From NCBI RefSeq assembly GCF_003289645.1, contig NZ_QLYX01000008.1:208147-272146 (forward strand): 64,000 nt of DNA. The letters run 5' to 3'. The position numbers and the translations under genes are program-made. How positions within the stretch are numbered: position 1 is the stretch's first letter; each line of letters begins with the position of its first letter. The notes beneath the pieces are model-generated. The model saw only the letters and a program-made list of their open reading frames with translations, did not search any database and had not been told where the DNA came from. Below, in pieces: positions 35,129 through 44,159 of this stretch. This stretch comes from Actinomadura craniellae. GTDB lineage: Bacteria > Actinomycetota > Actinomycetes > Streptosporangiales > Streptosporangiaceae.

Positions 35129-36583
35129 GTAGGTCCACGGGCGGCCGGTGCCCTGATACTCCGCCACGGCGATGGGGTGGACGCCGGGGCGCATCCGGTC
35201 GGTGTAGAGGCGGCCGTGCAGGTGGTCGACCTCGTGCGCGACCAGGCGGGCGAGGGCGTCGGTGAAGACGGTGATGACCTGCCGTCCGTCCGGGGTGGTG
35301 TGCTCGACCTCCAGCCGCAGCGGCCGGGGGACGAGCCCGCGCACGTCGAAGAACGACAGGCAGCCCTCGTACCGCTCGTCCTCCTCGTCGGACTGCTCGA
35401 TGATCCGGGGGTTGAGCAGCACCAGCGGCTCGGCGTCGTCGCCGGGGGGCAGGACGACGGCGACCGCCCGGTCCACCCCGATCTGCGGGGCGGCGAGCCC
35501 CATTCCCTTGCCGAAGACGTGGTGCTCGCGCACGCGCTGCACCGCGGCCAGTAGTTCGTCGACCAGTTCGCGCACCTCGCCGGGCCGGGCGGGCAGGTCG
35601 ATCCGGCGGGCCGCCCGGCCGAGCCGGGGGTCGTCGCGCTGCACGATCCCGGCCGCCCGCATCCGGTCGCCGGCCGTCCTGAGCTCCGGTGGCGCGGTGT
35701 TCCCCGGCCCGGCGTGCTCGCGCAGCCGCCATTCCAGCCGGTACCGGCTGTTGAGCGGCGGGTCCTCGGTGGACCAGTCGAACACGTCGGTGTCGCCGTC
35801 CCGGCGCCGGGTGACGGGGGTGGGCAGTGGGGCGGCCTCGGCGGTGGCCGAGGTGTGCGTGCCCCACACCGCCGGCACCATGTCCGCGGGGAACACCAGG
35901 CGCACCGACAGCCGCAGGGTGTGCAGCCGGACGGCCCGCTGGAACCAGGGCCCCCACTTGTCCTCGCCCACCGTGTAGGCGTACTCCAGGGTGGCGCGCT
36001 CGCCGGGGTAGAGGGGGAACCGGCCGCGGTCGTTCTCGAAGCGCAGCCACACCTCCTTGAACGAGTCGCGGTCGAGCTTGACCTGCCAGTCCATCTCCTC
36101 GCCGTCGCAGCGGGCGGACAGCGCGAGCTCGTCGAAGGTCAGCGGGTGCCGCCGGTAGAGCCGGTTGGCGGCCTGCGGGTCGCCGGGGTGCCGGTCCACC
36201 GAGATGCGCATCAGGTACCGGGTGACCGGGTCGGGCCCGGTGTTGCGGATGGCGCGCCGCATGACGGCGGTGAAGGCGCCGGCCCGGTAGCGCAGCTCGG
36301 CGTGGTCGTGCTCCACCACCAGCCCGCCCGAGCCGCGCGGGGCGGGCGGCGCCGGCTGCTCGGTGCCCCCGGCGGACTGCCAGGCCCGCCAGATCTCGCC
36401 GCCCGCGCTCAGCGCGGCCTCGGCCCGCCGGGCGAAGTCGGCCGAGGCGGGGTGCCGGCCGTGCTCGACGTGCGAGATGTAGGACCGGTCGAATCCCATG
36501 GCGTCGGCCAGCGCCCGCCCGGTCATCCGCCGGCGCTTGCGCCACCGGGTGAGCACGCCCCCGAACGTCTCGACGTCGTCCAT
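35120..36583 (-). CDS. Fusion protein: Scr1-like XRE-HTH + DUF5753-like domain + complete peptide deformylase domain
   Basis: N-terminal Cro/C1 HTH (LTRWRKRRRMTGRALADAMGFDRSYISHVEHGR). C-terminal PDF motifs GMGLAAPQIG, EGCLS, HEVDHLHG. An internal Met at 35662 looks like a stand-alone PDF N-terminus, but no stop separates the parts. Confidence 0.7.
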   Translation of the reverse strand: MDDVETFGGVLTRWRKRRRMTGRALADAMGFDRSYISHVEHGRHPASADFARRAEAALSAGGEIWRAWQSAGGTEQPAPPAPRGSGGLVVEHDHAELRYRAGAFTAVMRRAIRNTGPDPVTRYLMRISVDRHPGDPQAANRLYRRHPLTFDELALSARCDGEEMDWQVKLDRDSFKEVWLRFENDRGRFPLYPGERATLEYAYTVGEDKWGPWFQRAVRLHTLRLSVRLVFPADMVPAVWGTHTSATAEAAPLPTPVTRRRDGDTDVFDWSTEDPPLNSRYRLEWRLREHAGPGNTAPPELRTAGDRMRAAGIVQRDDPRLGRAARRIDLPARPGEVRELVDELLAAVQRVREHHVFGKGMGLAAPQIGVDRAVAVVLPPGDDAEPLVLLNPRIIEQSDEEDERYEGCLSFFDVRGLVPRPLRLEVEHTTPDGRQVITVFTDALARLVAHEVDHLHGRLYTDRMRPGVHPIAVAEYQGTGRPWTYPG

Positions 36584-36978
36584 CGCGCCCCCGTGAACCG
36601 GTGTGAATGAACCGTGAATGACGGCCCATCACCCTGTCGTCACCCACTAACTAGACGATTACCTAATTTCGTGAGTTTTCCACCAGCGTGGCCGCTGCCG
36701 GTCAGTGAAGACGTGCGTGGAAGGTCGCGTCCGGCCTCGCGGTGACCCCTCGCCGCCACCGACCCCCGCGGAACGGAGGGGCCCGCGAAGATCTGCCGCG
36801 CGCGGGCGTATGAGCTGCGGACGCCCGCGCGCGGCCCCAACGCCGGCCGTGCGGTGCCGCGCCCCACCGTGAGGGAACTCGAAGGCGCGCACAAGGCGAT
36901 CCGCGAGATCTTCGTGCGGATGCCGGGGAGAAAGGCGAGCGGGCCGATCCGGGGGAGCGGACGGAGGGCCCGGTCAGG

Positions 36979-37485
36979 TCACGGGTGGGCGCGGAGCCGG
37001 CCGTCCTCGGCGGTGAGCCTGGCTTGGACGCCCTGCTCGCCGCAGTCGGGGCCGTTGGGGAAGCTCCCGCGCGGGGTGACGGTGAGGCTCCGGTCCAAGG
37101 CGGGTTCGGGGCCGGAACCGTGCAGCTTCAACGTGACCTGGACGGGACGCTTGGGCAGGTCAGGGACCATGGCGAAGCCGGTCAGGCCACCGGTGCGGAC
37201 GACCGAGGCGCCGCACGTGTCGTCGGGCCCGGTGCCCGTGCAGGTCTGCGGCGCGGCCGACGTGGCCGGGTCGAGCCGGAGTTCGGGGGTGTGGCAGGCG
37301 CCGTCCCAGCAGACCCGCAGGGACGCGCGTTCCACGCCGGCGGCCAGGGACGGGGCGACGTCCAGCCCGATCCCGGTCAGGCCGCCGATCGCCGTGCAGG
37401 CCTTCCCGCCGGACTGCACGCCGGACCCGCAGCCCGCCAGAGCGAACGCCATGCCCAGCGCCGCGAACTTCACATAACCGTGCAT
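36979..37485 (-). CDS. Lipoprotein, Cys-rich, unknown function
   Basis: Lipobox LAGC after signal peptide MHGYVKFAALGMAFALAG; GGAG RBS. Confidence 0.6.
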   Translation of the reverse strand: MHGYVKFAALGMAFALAGCGSGVQSGGKACTAIGGLTGIGLDVAPSLAAGVERASLRVCWDGACHTPELRLDPATSAAPQTCTGTGPDDTCGASVVRTGGLTGFAMVPDLPKRPVQVTLKLHGSGPEPALDRSLTVTPRGSFPNGPDCGEQGVQARLTAEDGRLRAHP

Positions 37486-37525
37486 ACTCCACAGACGCGT
37501 CCCGCCCGCCCGCGGTTGCCCGGGC

Positions 37526-37927
37526 TCAGAACTCGCGGACGCAGATCGCGTAGACGGTGACGGCCCGGGCGTGCCGGACCTCGACGACCCAGCGCCGGGC
37601 GTCACCCGGGTAGGAGCTGATCAGCTGGGCGCCGTCGCCGTGCACCTGACCGCCGCCGCCGATGACCCGCTTCCCCCAGGGGCAGGTCGCGCTGAGCTGC
37701 TGCTGCCCCCACACGTTCGTGTAGTGCCGGCGGATGATCTGGTAGCCCGAGAAGCCATCGTGCCGGCCCGGCAGGAGGCCGCCGCGAGGCCGGTCGCGCT
37801 GGAAGCCGTCGTACTGGTCGGGCCGCGGATCCGCCGGGGTGACGGCCTGGGCGGCGCCCGCCATGACCGGTCCGGCGCCGAGCGTCAGGGCCGCACCGAG
37901 CAGGGCCTTGGGCATGCGCGCTCTCAT
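37526..37927 (-). CDS. Small secreted protein, unknown function
   Basis: Signal peptide MPKALLGAALTLGAGPVMAGAAQA; high GC3. Confidence 0.55.
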   Translation of the reverse strand: MRARMPKALLGAALTLGAGPVMAGAAQAVTPADPRPDQYDGFQRDRPRGGLLPGRHDGFSGYQIIRRHYTNVWGQQQLSATCPWGKRVIGGGGQVHGDGAQLISSYPGDARRWVVEVRHARAVTVYAICVREF

Positions 37928-38146
37928 GGGCTCTCCTCATTGGCCTCGCCCGCCACGCTGCGGGAAGGTGCGGATGAGTCGTGCCCGAAGAGTATTCATC
38001 CGATTGCTTACAGTGTCCAGATGTCGTGTCATGGACACGTTTTGGCAGGCCATGGCGCTTTCGCTGACCCGGATCCGGACCGGCCGGGGTATCGGATAAC
38101 TTTTGGGGACCTCGTCGGTTCGCCCGCCCACCGTGAAGGGTCCCCC

Positions 38147-38500
38147 ATGGAGTTCGTCCGGCAGCTGCTGCTCTTCCTGCACTTCATCGGGCTGGCGGTG
38201 CTCATCGGCGCCTTCGTCGCCCAGGTCGCCACCCGGCCGGAGAACGGCCGGTACCTCCCGGGCACGGGGATGCTCCACGGCGCGCTCACCCAGCTCGTCA
38301 CCGGCCTCGCCCTGGTCGGGGTGCTGGAGAGCGGGGACGACCCGGTCAACCACCCCAAGGTCGGGGTGAAGCTGCTCGTCGTGCTGGCCGTCCTGGTGCT
38401 GCTGGTCATGGGCCGCAGGAAGCCGCTGGCCAAGGGCGCCTTCATGGCGATCGGCCTGCTCGCCCTGGTCAACGTGGGCGTCGCCGTCTTCTGGACCTAA
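38147..38500 (+). CDS. Small integral membrane protein (4 TM), unknown function
   Basis: ATG 38147 with GAAGGG RBS; four hydrophobic helices. Confidence 0.6.
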   Translation: MEFVRQLLLFLHFIGLAVLIGAFVAQVATRPENGRYLPGTGMLHGALTQLVTGLALVGVLESGDDPVNHPKVGVKLLVVLAVLVLLVMGRRKPLAKGAFMAIGLLALVNVGVAVFWT

Positions 38501-39885
38501 GGGCGCTCCTCGGCGACGATCGTCAGCCCCGCCCCGGCGGCGGCCTTCGGGTAGTCGTCGTCGATGTGCACCACCCGCCGGCCGGCCCGCAGCAGCAGCG
38601 CCGCGGCCGCGGCGGCGCGGTAGCCGGACCCGCAGTGCACCCACACCGTCCCCGCCGGGACCTCGTCGATCCGGGCGGGCAGGTCGGGCAGCGGGATGTG
38701 GACGGCGCCGTCGAGGTGCCCCTCGCGCCACTCGCGGGGCATCCGCACGTCCAGGACGACGTCGGGGGCGAGTGCCCCGTGCGGGGACCGGCCCGCCCGC
38801 GCGGCGGCCAGGTCCTCGAACGCGGCCACCGGCAGCGCGCCCAGCCGCTCTCCCCACCGCTCGGGCGTCCCGACAGCGCTCGCCGCCGGACGGTCCACGC
38901 CGATCCGGGCCAGCTCCCGCTGGGCGGCGGCGACCTGCTCGGCCGACTCGCCGAGCAGGGTGATCGGCGCCTCCGTCGGGGCCAGCCAGCCCAGCCAGGT
39001 GGCCATCGGCCCGTCCAGCCCGAAGCTCAGGGTGCCGGCCAGGTGCCGCCGCGCGAACGCCCGCCGGCTGCGCAGGTCCACCACCCACTCGCCGGCCGCG
39101 ATCCGGCCCGCCAGCTCGCCGGGGTCGGCGCGGCGCACCGGGCTGAGGTCGATCGGGCCCGGCCCCGCCGCGTTGATCGCCCCCATGTGCGCGTAGTAGG
39201 CGGGGTAGGCGTCCAGCCCGGCCAGGGTCTCGGTGACGAACTCGTCGGCGGCCAGCAGCAGCACCGGGTTGACGGCCCGCTCCCGGCCGATCGTGGACTC
39301 GTCGGCGTCCGACTGGGTGGCCGAGCAGAAGCTGCCGAAGCCGTGCGTCGGCCAGACCCGGACGCCGTCGGGCAGCAGGTCGGCCAGCCGCCGGGCCGAG
39401 GCGTGCTGGGCGTGCGCCAGCTCACCGGAGTGCTCCGGGCCGGACAGGTCGGGCCGGCCGGTGGTGCCGAACAGCAGCGAGCCGCCGGTGAAGACCCCGA
39501 CCGGCCCGTCCGGCCCGGACAGCACGTACGAGAGGTGGTGGAAGGTGTGCCCCGGGGTGGCCACCGCCCGCAGCCGCATCCGGTCGGAGATCTCGACCTC
39601 CTCGCCCTCGGCGACGGGGACGCGGTCGAAGTCCACCTGCTCGGCCGCCCCCACCAGGTACGCGGCCCCGGTCAGCCGGGACAGCGCCAGCCCGCCGGAG
39701 ACGTAGTCGTTGTGCAGGTGCGTCTCCACCACATGGGTGATCCGGACGTCCAGCCGCCCGGCCAGCCGGAGCATCCGGTCGATGTCGCGCTGCGGATCGA
39801 CCGCCACCGCGACCTGGCCGTCAGTGGCCAGGTGGCTGCGGTCACCCAGCGAGGAGGTCTCCACGACCCGAACGTCGATCGTCAT
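38497..39885 (-). CDS. MBL-fold metallo-hydrolase fused to a rhodanese domain (persulfide dioxygenase-like)
   Basis: HxHxDH motif (ETHLHNDYVSG); C-terminal rhodanese active-site Cys (HCGSGYRAAAAA). Confidence 0.8.
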   Translation of the reverse strand: MTIDVRVVETSSLGDRSHLATDGQVAVAVDPQRDIDRMLRLAGRLDVRITHVVETHLHNDYVSGGLALSRLTGAAYLVGAAEQVDFDRVPVAEGEEVEISDRMRLRAVATPGHTFHHLSYVLSGPDGPVGVFTGGSLLFGTTGRPDLSGPEHSGELAHAQHASARRLADLLPDGVRVWPTHGFGSFCSATQSDADESTIGRERAVNPVLLLAADEFVTETLAGLDAYPAYYAHMGAINAAGPGPIDLSPVRRADPGELAGRIAAGEWVVDLRSRRAFARRHLAGTLSFGLDGPMATWLGWLAPTEAPITLLGESAEQVAAAQRELARIGVDRPAASAVGTPERWGERLGALPVAAFEDLAAARAGRSPHGALAPDVVLDVRMPREWREGHLDGAVHIPLPDLPARIDEVPAGTVWVHCGSGYRAAAAAALLLRAGRRVVHIDDDYPKAAAGAGLTIVAEERP

Positions 39886-39997
39886 CTTCTCCGCCTACCC
39901 GGCATATACCCCATAGGGGTTTGATCTCCGGGGGTTTTTGCGGCCTTGTTCGGTGAGGGGCTTGGAAGAGTCGGGTCGTGGTGATGGGGTGTGTGCC

Positions 39998-40906
39998 ATG
40001 ACGGCGGCGATCTCCGTGACGAAACTGGTCAAGACGTTCGGTCCCACACGCGCCCTCGACGAGCTCGACCTGTCCGTCCGGACGGGCGAAGTGCACGGTT
40101 TCCTGGGCCCCAACGGTGCCGGGAAGTCCACCACCATCCGGGTGCTGCTGGGGTTGCTGCGGCGCGACTCCGGCGAGGTGAGCGTGCTCGGGGCCGACCC
40201 CTGGCGGGACGCGGTCTCCCTGCACCGCAGGCTGGCGTACGTCCCGGGGGACGTGAACCTGTGGCCCAACCTGTCCGGTGGCGAGGCCATCGACCTGTTC
40301 GGGGCGTTGCGCGGCGGGCTCGACCCGGGCCGCCGGGCCGAGCTGGTGGAGCGGTTCGAGCTCGACCCCACCAAGAAGTGCCGGGCCTACTCCAAGGGCA
40401 ACCGGCAGAAGGTGGCCCTCGTCGCCGCCTTCGCCTCCGACGTCGAGCTGTACGTCCTGGACGAGCCGACCGCGGGGCTGGACCCGCTGATGGACTCGGT
40501 CTTCCGGAGCTACGTCCAGGAGGCCCGGGAGGCCGGCCGGACGGTGCTGCTGTCGAGCCACATCCTCGGCGAGGTCGAGGCGCTGTGCGACCGGATCAGC
40601 ATCATCCGGGAGGGCCGCATCGTCGAGTCGGGGACGCTGGGCGAGCTGCGGCACCTGACCCGGACCACCGTGTCGGTGCGCACCGAACGCCCGGTCACCG
40701 GGCTGGACGGACTGCCGGGCGTGCACGACGTCCGCAACGGTGACGACACCACCCGGTTCGAGATCGAGCCGGGCCGGTTCGACGCGGTCCTGCGGCACCT
40801 GGCCGGGTTCGGCGTGCTGGACCTGACCAGCACGCCGCCCAGCCTGGAGGAACTGTTCCTGCGCTTCTACGGCGGCGACGCACCCGCGGAGGCCGAGGCG
40901 AAATGA
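39998..40906 (+). CDS. ABC transporter ATP-binding protein
   Basis: Walker A GPNGAGKST, signature LSGGE, Walker B LYVLDEPTAGLD. Confidence 0.9.
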   Translation: MTAAISVTKLVKTFGPTRALDELDLSVRTGEVHGFLGPNGAGKSTTIRVLLGLLRRDSGEVSVLGADPWRDAVSLHRRLAYVPGDVNLWPNLSGGEAIDLFGALRGGLDPGRRAELVERFELDPTKKCRAYSKGNRQKVALVAAFASDVELYVLDEPTAGLDPLMDSVFRSYVQEAREAGRTVLLSSHILGEVEALCDRISIIREGRIVESGTLGELRHLTRTTVSVRTERPVTGLDGLPGVHDVRNGDDTTRFEIEPGRFDAVLRHLAGFGVLDLTSTPPSLEELFLRFYGGDAPAEAEAK

Positions 40907-42525
40907 GCTCCTTCACCGGCACCGCGCGGCTGGCCCGGCTGGCGCTGCGCCGCGACCGCGTCCAGCTCCCGGTCTGGGTCTTCGGCCTGGGCGGCGTGCT
41001 CGCCGCGACCGCGGCGAGCGTGAGCGGCGCCTACACCACCGACGCCGAGCGCGCGGCGTACGCGGTCACCGCGGCCAACCCGGCCGCCATGGCGTTCAAC
41101 GGCCCGGTGCTCGGCACCGACCTCGGCTCGATCACCATGACCGAGACGTTCACCGTGCTGGCCGTGTTCGTCGCCCTGATGAGCACGATGGCGGTGGTCC
41201 GGCACACCCGGCAGAACGAGGAGACGGGCCGGGCCGAGCTGGTCGGCTCCGCGATCGTCGGGCGGCACGCGCCGCTGACCGCCGCGCTGATCACGGTGGC
41301 CGGCGCCAACGCGGCGCTGGCGGTGCTCGTCGGGCTGCTGCTGAACGCGAACGGCCTGTCCCCGGCGGGTTCCTGGGGGATCGGCCTGGCCCTGGGCCTG
41401 GTCGGCGTCGTCTTCGCGGGCGTGGCCGCCGTCGCCGCCCAGCTCTCCGGGACCTCCCGCGGGGCCAACGGGCTCGCCGCCGCCGGGCTCGGGCTGGCGT
41501 TCCTGCTGCGCGCGGTGGGCGACTCGCTGGGCGAGCAGGCGCCAGGCGGGGTGACCACCGACAGCGCGTTCTTCTCCTGGCTGTCCCCGATCGGCTGGGG
41601 GCACCAGCTGAAACCCTTCACCGAGACCAACTGGTGGGTGCTGGGGCTGCTCGCCGTCCTGGCCGGGCTGCTGGTCGCGCTGGCGTACGCGCTCACCGCC
41701 CACCGCGACCTCGGCGCGGGGATGCTGCCCGACCGGGCGGGGCCCGCGACGGCCCCCCGCGGCCTGCTCCGCCCGCTCGGGCTGGCCTGGCGGCTGCAGC
41801 GCGGGGCCGTGCTCGGCTGGTCCGTGGCGATGGTGGTGCTGGGCGTCACCTTCGGCGCGCTCGGCGAGGAGATCGACGAGATGCTGGAGAACAACCCCCA
41901 GCTCGCCGAGGTCTTCCGGCAGTTCGGCACCGACGGCACACCCGCCGACATGTACTTCGGCATGGTGCTGGGGTTGATGGCGATCGCGGCCGCCGGCTAC
42001 ACCGTCCAGGCGCTGCTGCGGATGCGGGCCGAGGAGTCCTCCGGGGTGCTGGAACCGCTGCTGGCCACGGCGGTGAGCCGGCCCCGGTGGATGCTGGGCC
42101 ACATCCTCATCGCGACGGCCGGCACCGTCCTCCTGCTCGTGCTGCTGGGGTCGGGCGCCGGGCTCTCCTACGGCCTGATCGTCGGGGACGTGCCGGGCCA
42201 GGTGGTCTCGCTGGCCGGGGCGGCGCTGGCCCAGGCGCCGGGGCCGCTGGCGCTCGCCGGGGCCGTGGTCGCCGTGATCGGCCTGCTGCCGGGCCGGGCC
42301 GTCGCCCTGGCGTGGGGGGCGCTGGTGGTCTGCGTGCTGCTGGGGCAGGTCGGCCTGCTGCTCGAACTGCCGCAGCCGGTCCTCGACATCTCGCCGTTCA
42401 CGCACCTGCCGCCGGTGCCGGCCGCCGAGGTCGCGGTGACGCCGATCCTCAGCCTGCTCGCCGCCGGGCTGCTGCTCACCGCGGCGGGCGTCGCGGCGTT
42501 CCGGCGGCGCGACCTCACGATGTGA
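40903..42525 (+). CDS. ABC-2 type transporter permease (12 TM)
   Basis: ATGA overlap with the ATPase gene; polytopic hydrophobic protein. Confidence 0.8.
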   Translation: MSSFTGTARLARLALRRDRVQLPVWVFGLGGVLAATAASVSGAYTTDAERAAYAVTAANPAAMAFNGPVLGTDLGSITMTETFTVLAVFVALMSTMAVVRHTRQNEETGRAELVGSAIVGRHAPLTAALITVAGANAALAVLVGLLLNANGLSPAGSWGIGLALGLVGVVFAGVAAVAAQLSGTSRGANGLAAAGLGLAFLLRAVGDSLGEQAPGGVTTDSAFFSWLSPIGWGHQLKPFTETNWWVLGLLAVLAGLLVALAYALTAHRDLGAGMLPDRAGPATAPRGLLRPLGLAWRLQRGAVLGWSVAMVVLGVTFGALGEEIDEMLENNPQLAEVFRQFGTDGTPADMYFGMVLGLMAIAAAGYTVQALLRMRAEESSGVLEPLLATAVSRPRWMLGHILIATAGTVLLLVLLGSGAGLSYGLIVGDVPGQVVSLAGAALAQAPGPLALAGAVVAVIGLLPGRAVALAWGALVVCVLLGQVGLLLELPQPVLDISPFTHLPPVPAAEVAVTPILSLLAAGLLLTAAGVAAFRRRDLTM

Positions 42526-43099
42526 GCTCCGGGCGCCGCTCGGCGCGCTCCTTGACGTCCAGCAGCATCCGGCGCTCCAGGACCAGGTCGCCCGGCTCCC
42601 GCAGCACGGAGTCGAGCAGCCGCCGAGCGGCCGAGCCGGTGCCGGCGCCGGCGACCCGGTTACGGCTGATCAGCCGGGTCGCCGTCCCCTCCGGCCGCAG
42701 GACGAACGCCTGCACCCGGTCGCCGGCGGGGGAGCGGAACACCAGCGTGCGCTCCGGCTCCAGGACCGCCACCTGCATGCGTGACCGCACCGTCCGGGGG
42801 TCCCAGGCGGGCCCGCCCGCGCCGCGCCCGAGCAGGTTCTCCAGCCGGTCGTGGGTGCGCCCGCCGCCCAGCCGTACCAGCCAGGGCCAGATCGCGGCGG
42901 GCGCCGCCTGGATCGTGACCGCCCGGGTGGAGAGGACGCCGGGATGCGGCATTAACTCGTCGCCGGGCAGCGCCCGTTCGGCCTCCTCGGCGGTCGCCCC
43001 CCAGGTCAGGCACCAGCGGCGCCACATCCGGGGGTACGCGGCGGCCAGCCCCGCCACCACCAGGCCGAGGCGCACCGCGAGCCGCAGCCTGCTGTTCAT
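42515..43099 (-). CDS. SRPBCC (polyketide cyclase/START-like) family protein
   Basis: About 190-aa helix-grip-like pattern. ATGA-coupled to the upstream USP gene. Confidence 0.55.
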   Translation of the reverse strand: MNSRLRLAVRLGLVVAGLAAAYPRMWRRWCLTWGATAEEAERALPGDELMPHPGVLSTRAVTIQAAPAAIWPWLVRLGGGRTHDRLENLLGRGAGGPAWDPRTVRSRMQVAVLEPERTLVFRSPAGDRVQAFVLRPEGTATRLISRNRVAGAGTGSAARRLLDSVLREPGDLVLERRMLLDVKERAERRPELTS

Positions 43100-43935
43100 G
43101 ATCGCTCCGGTTCGGGGACGACCACGATGGGGCACCGGCTGTGGTGCAGCACGGTGTGGTTGGTGCGGCCCAGCCCCAGGCCCAGGATGCCGCGCTGCCG
43201 GTGCGCGCCGACGACGACCAGCGCGGCGCGCTCGGAGGCCGTCACGAGGGAGGACCCCGGCCGCTCGTCGACCACGGTGCGCGAGACCTGGACACCCGGG
43301 TACCGCGACCCGTGTTCCGCCAGCACCGGCGACGGCCCCAGGCCCTCGCCGACCTGCTGCTCGGGGGCGCCGAACACCCCGCCGACGGCGTACAGGGAGG
43401 TCAGCCGGGCCTTGCGCAGGTCGGCCTCGCGGTACGCCCAGTCGAGGGCGGACCCGGCGGGGGAGTCCTCGTCGACACCGACCACGATCTCGGCGGGGGC
43501 GTCCGCCGGGTCGGGTGCGGTGAGCGGGACCACCACCACCGGACGGGTGGCCCGGGCCGCCACGTGCAGTGAGACCGAGCCGAGCAGCAGCCCCTCGAAG
43601 CCGCCGACCCCGCGGGATCCGAGGACCAGCATCGAGGCGTTCTCGCTCTCGTCGAGCAGGGCCCGGCCGGGCTCGCCCGCCAGCAGGTCCGTCGTCACCT
43701 CCAGGCCGGGGGCGCGGCGCAGCACCCGGTCCCGGGCCTCCTCCAGCAGTTCGGTGCGGGTGGCGTCCTGCCGCGCGTAGCCCTCCTCGGTCAGCGACCC
43801 GTCGCGGACCAGCAGCATGGACGCGTTCACCAGCCGGACGGGCAGGTCGTGCAACTCGGCTTCGGCGGCGGCCCAGTCGATCGCCCGCCGGGCCCGCTCC
43901 GAGCCGTCGACTCCCACGATGATCGGGTCCCGCAT
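43096..43935 (-). CDS. Universal stress protein, tandem UspA domains
   Basis: Two USP repeats each with GSRG...G ATP-binding motif (VLGSRGVGG; VVGAHRQRG). Confidence 0.85.
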   Translation of the reverse strand: MRDPIIVGVDGSERARRAIDWAAAEAELHDLPVRLVNASMLLVRDGSLTEEGYARQDATRTELLEEARDRVLRRAPGLEVTTDLLAGEPGRALLDESENASMLVLGSRGVGGFEGLLLGSVSLHVAARATRPVVVVPLTAPDPADAPAEIVVGVDEDSPAGSALDWAYREADLRKARLTSLYAVGGVFGAPEQQVGEGLGPSPVLAEHGSRYPGVQVSRTVVDERPGSSLVTASERAALVVVGAHRQRGILGLGLGRTNHTVLHHSRCPIVVVPEPERS

Positions 43936-44159
43936 GGTGGTTCTCCTGTCTTATCGGATCTTCTCGACGTTAGGCGTCCTCTTCCCTAGACGGGCAAAGC
44001 CAAAGGTCCTGAATACGGGGAGTTCAGCGGATCTATACGACTCGCCCGGCAGCCCGATGGGTTTGAATGGCCGTATCTTTACTGCGTGTAGCGGTCCCGC
44101 TCCGGTGAGTGTGGATAGTCCTCTGTGCGGGTCACAAAGCCCGTACGAAGGGGGATCGA

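Noticed and set aside
35120-35662. Separate stand-alone def gene starting at the internal Met
   Set aside because: No stop codon precedes it in frame, so the sequence as given encodes a fusion. The alternative is noted in the findings.
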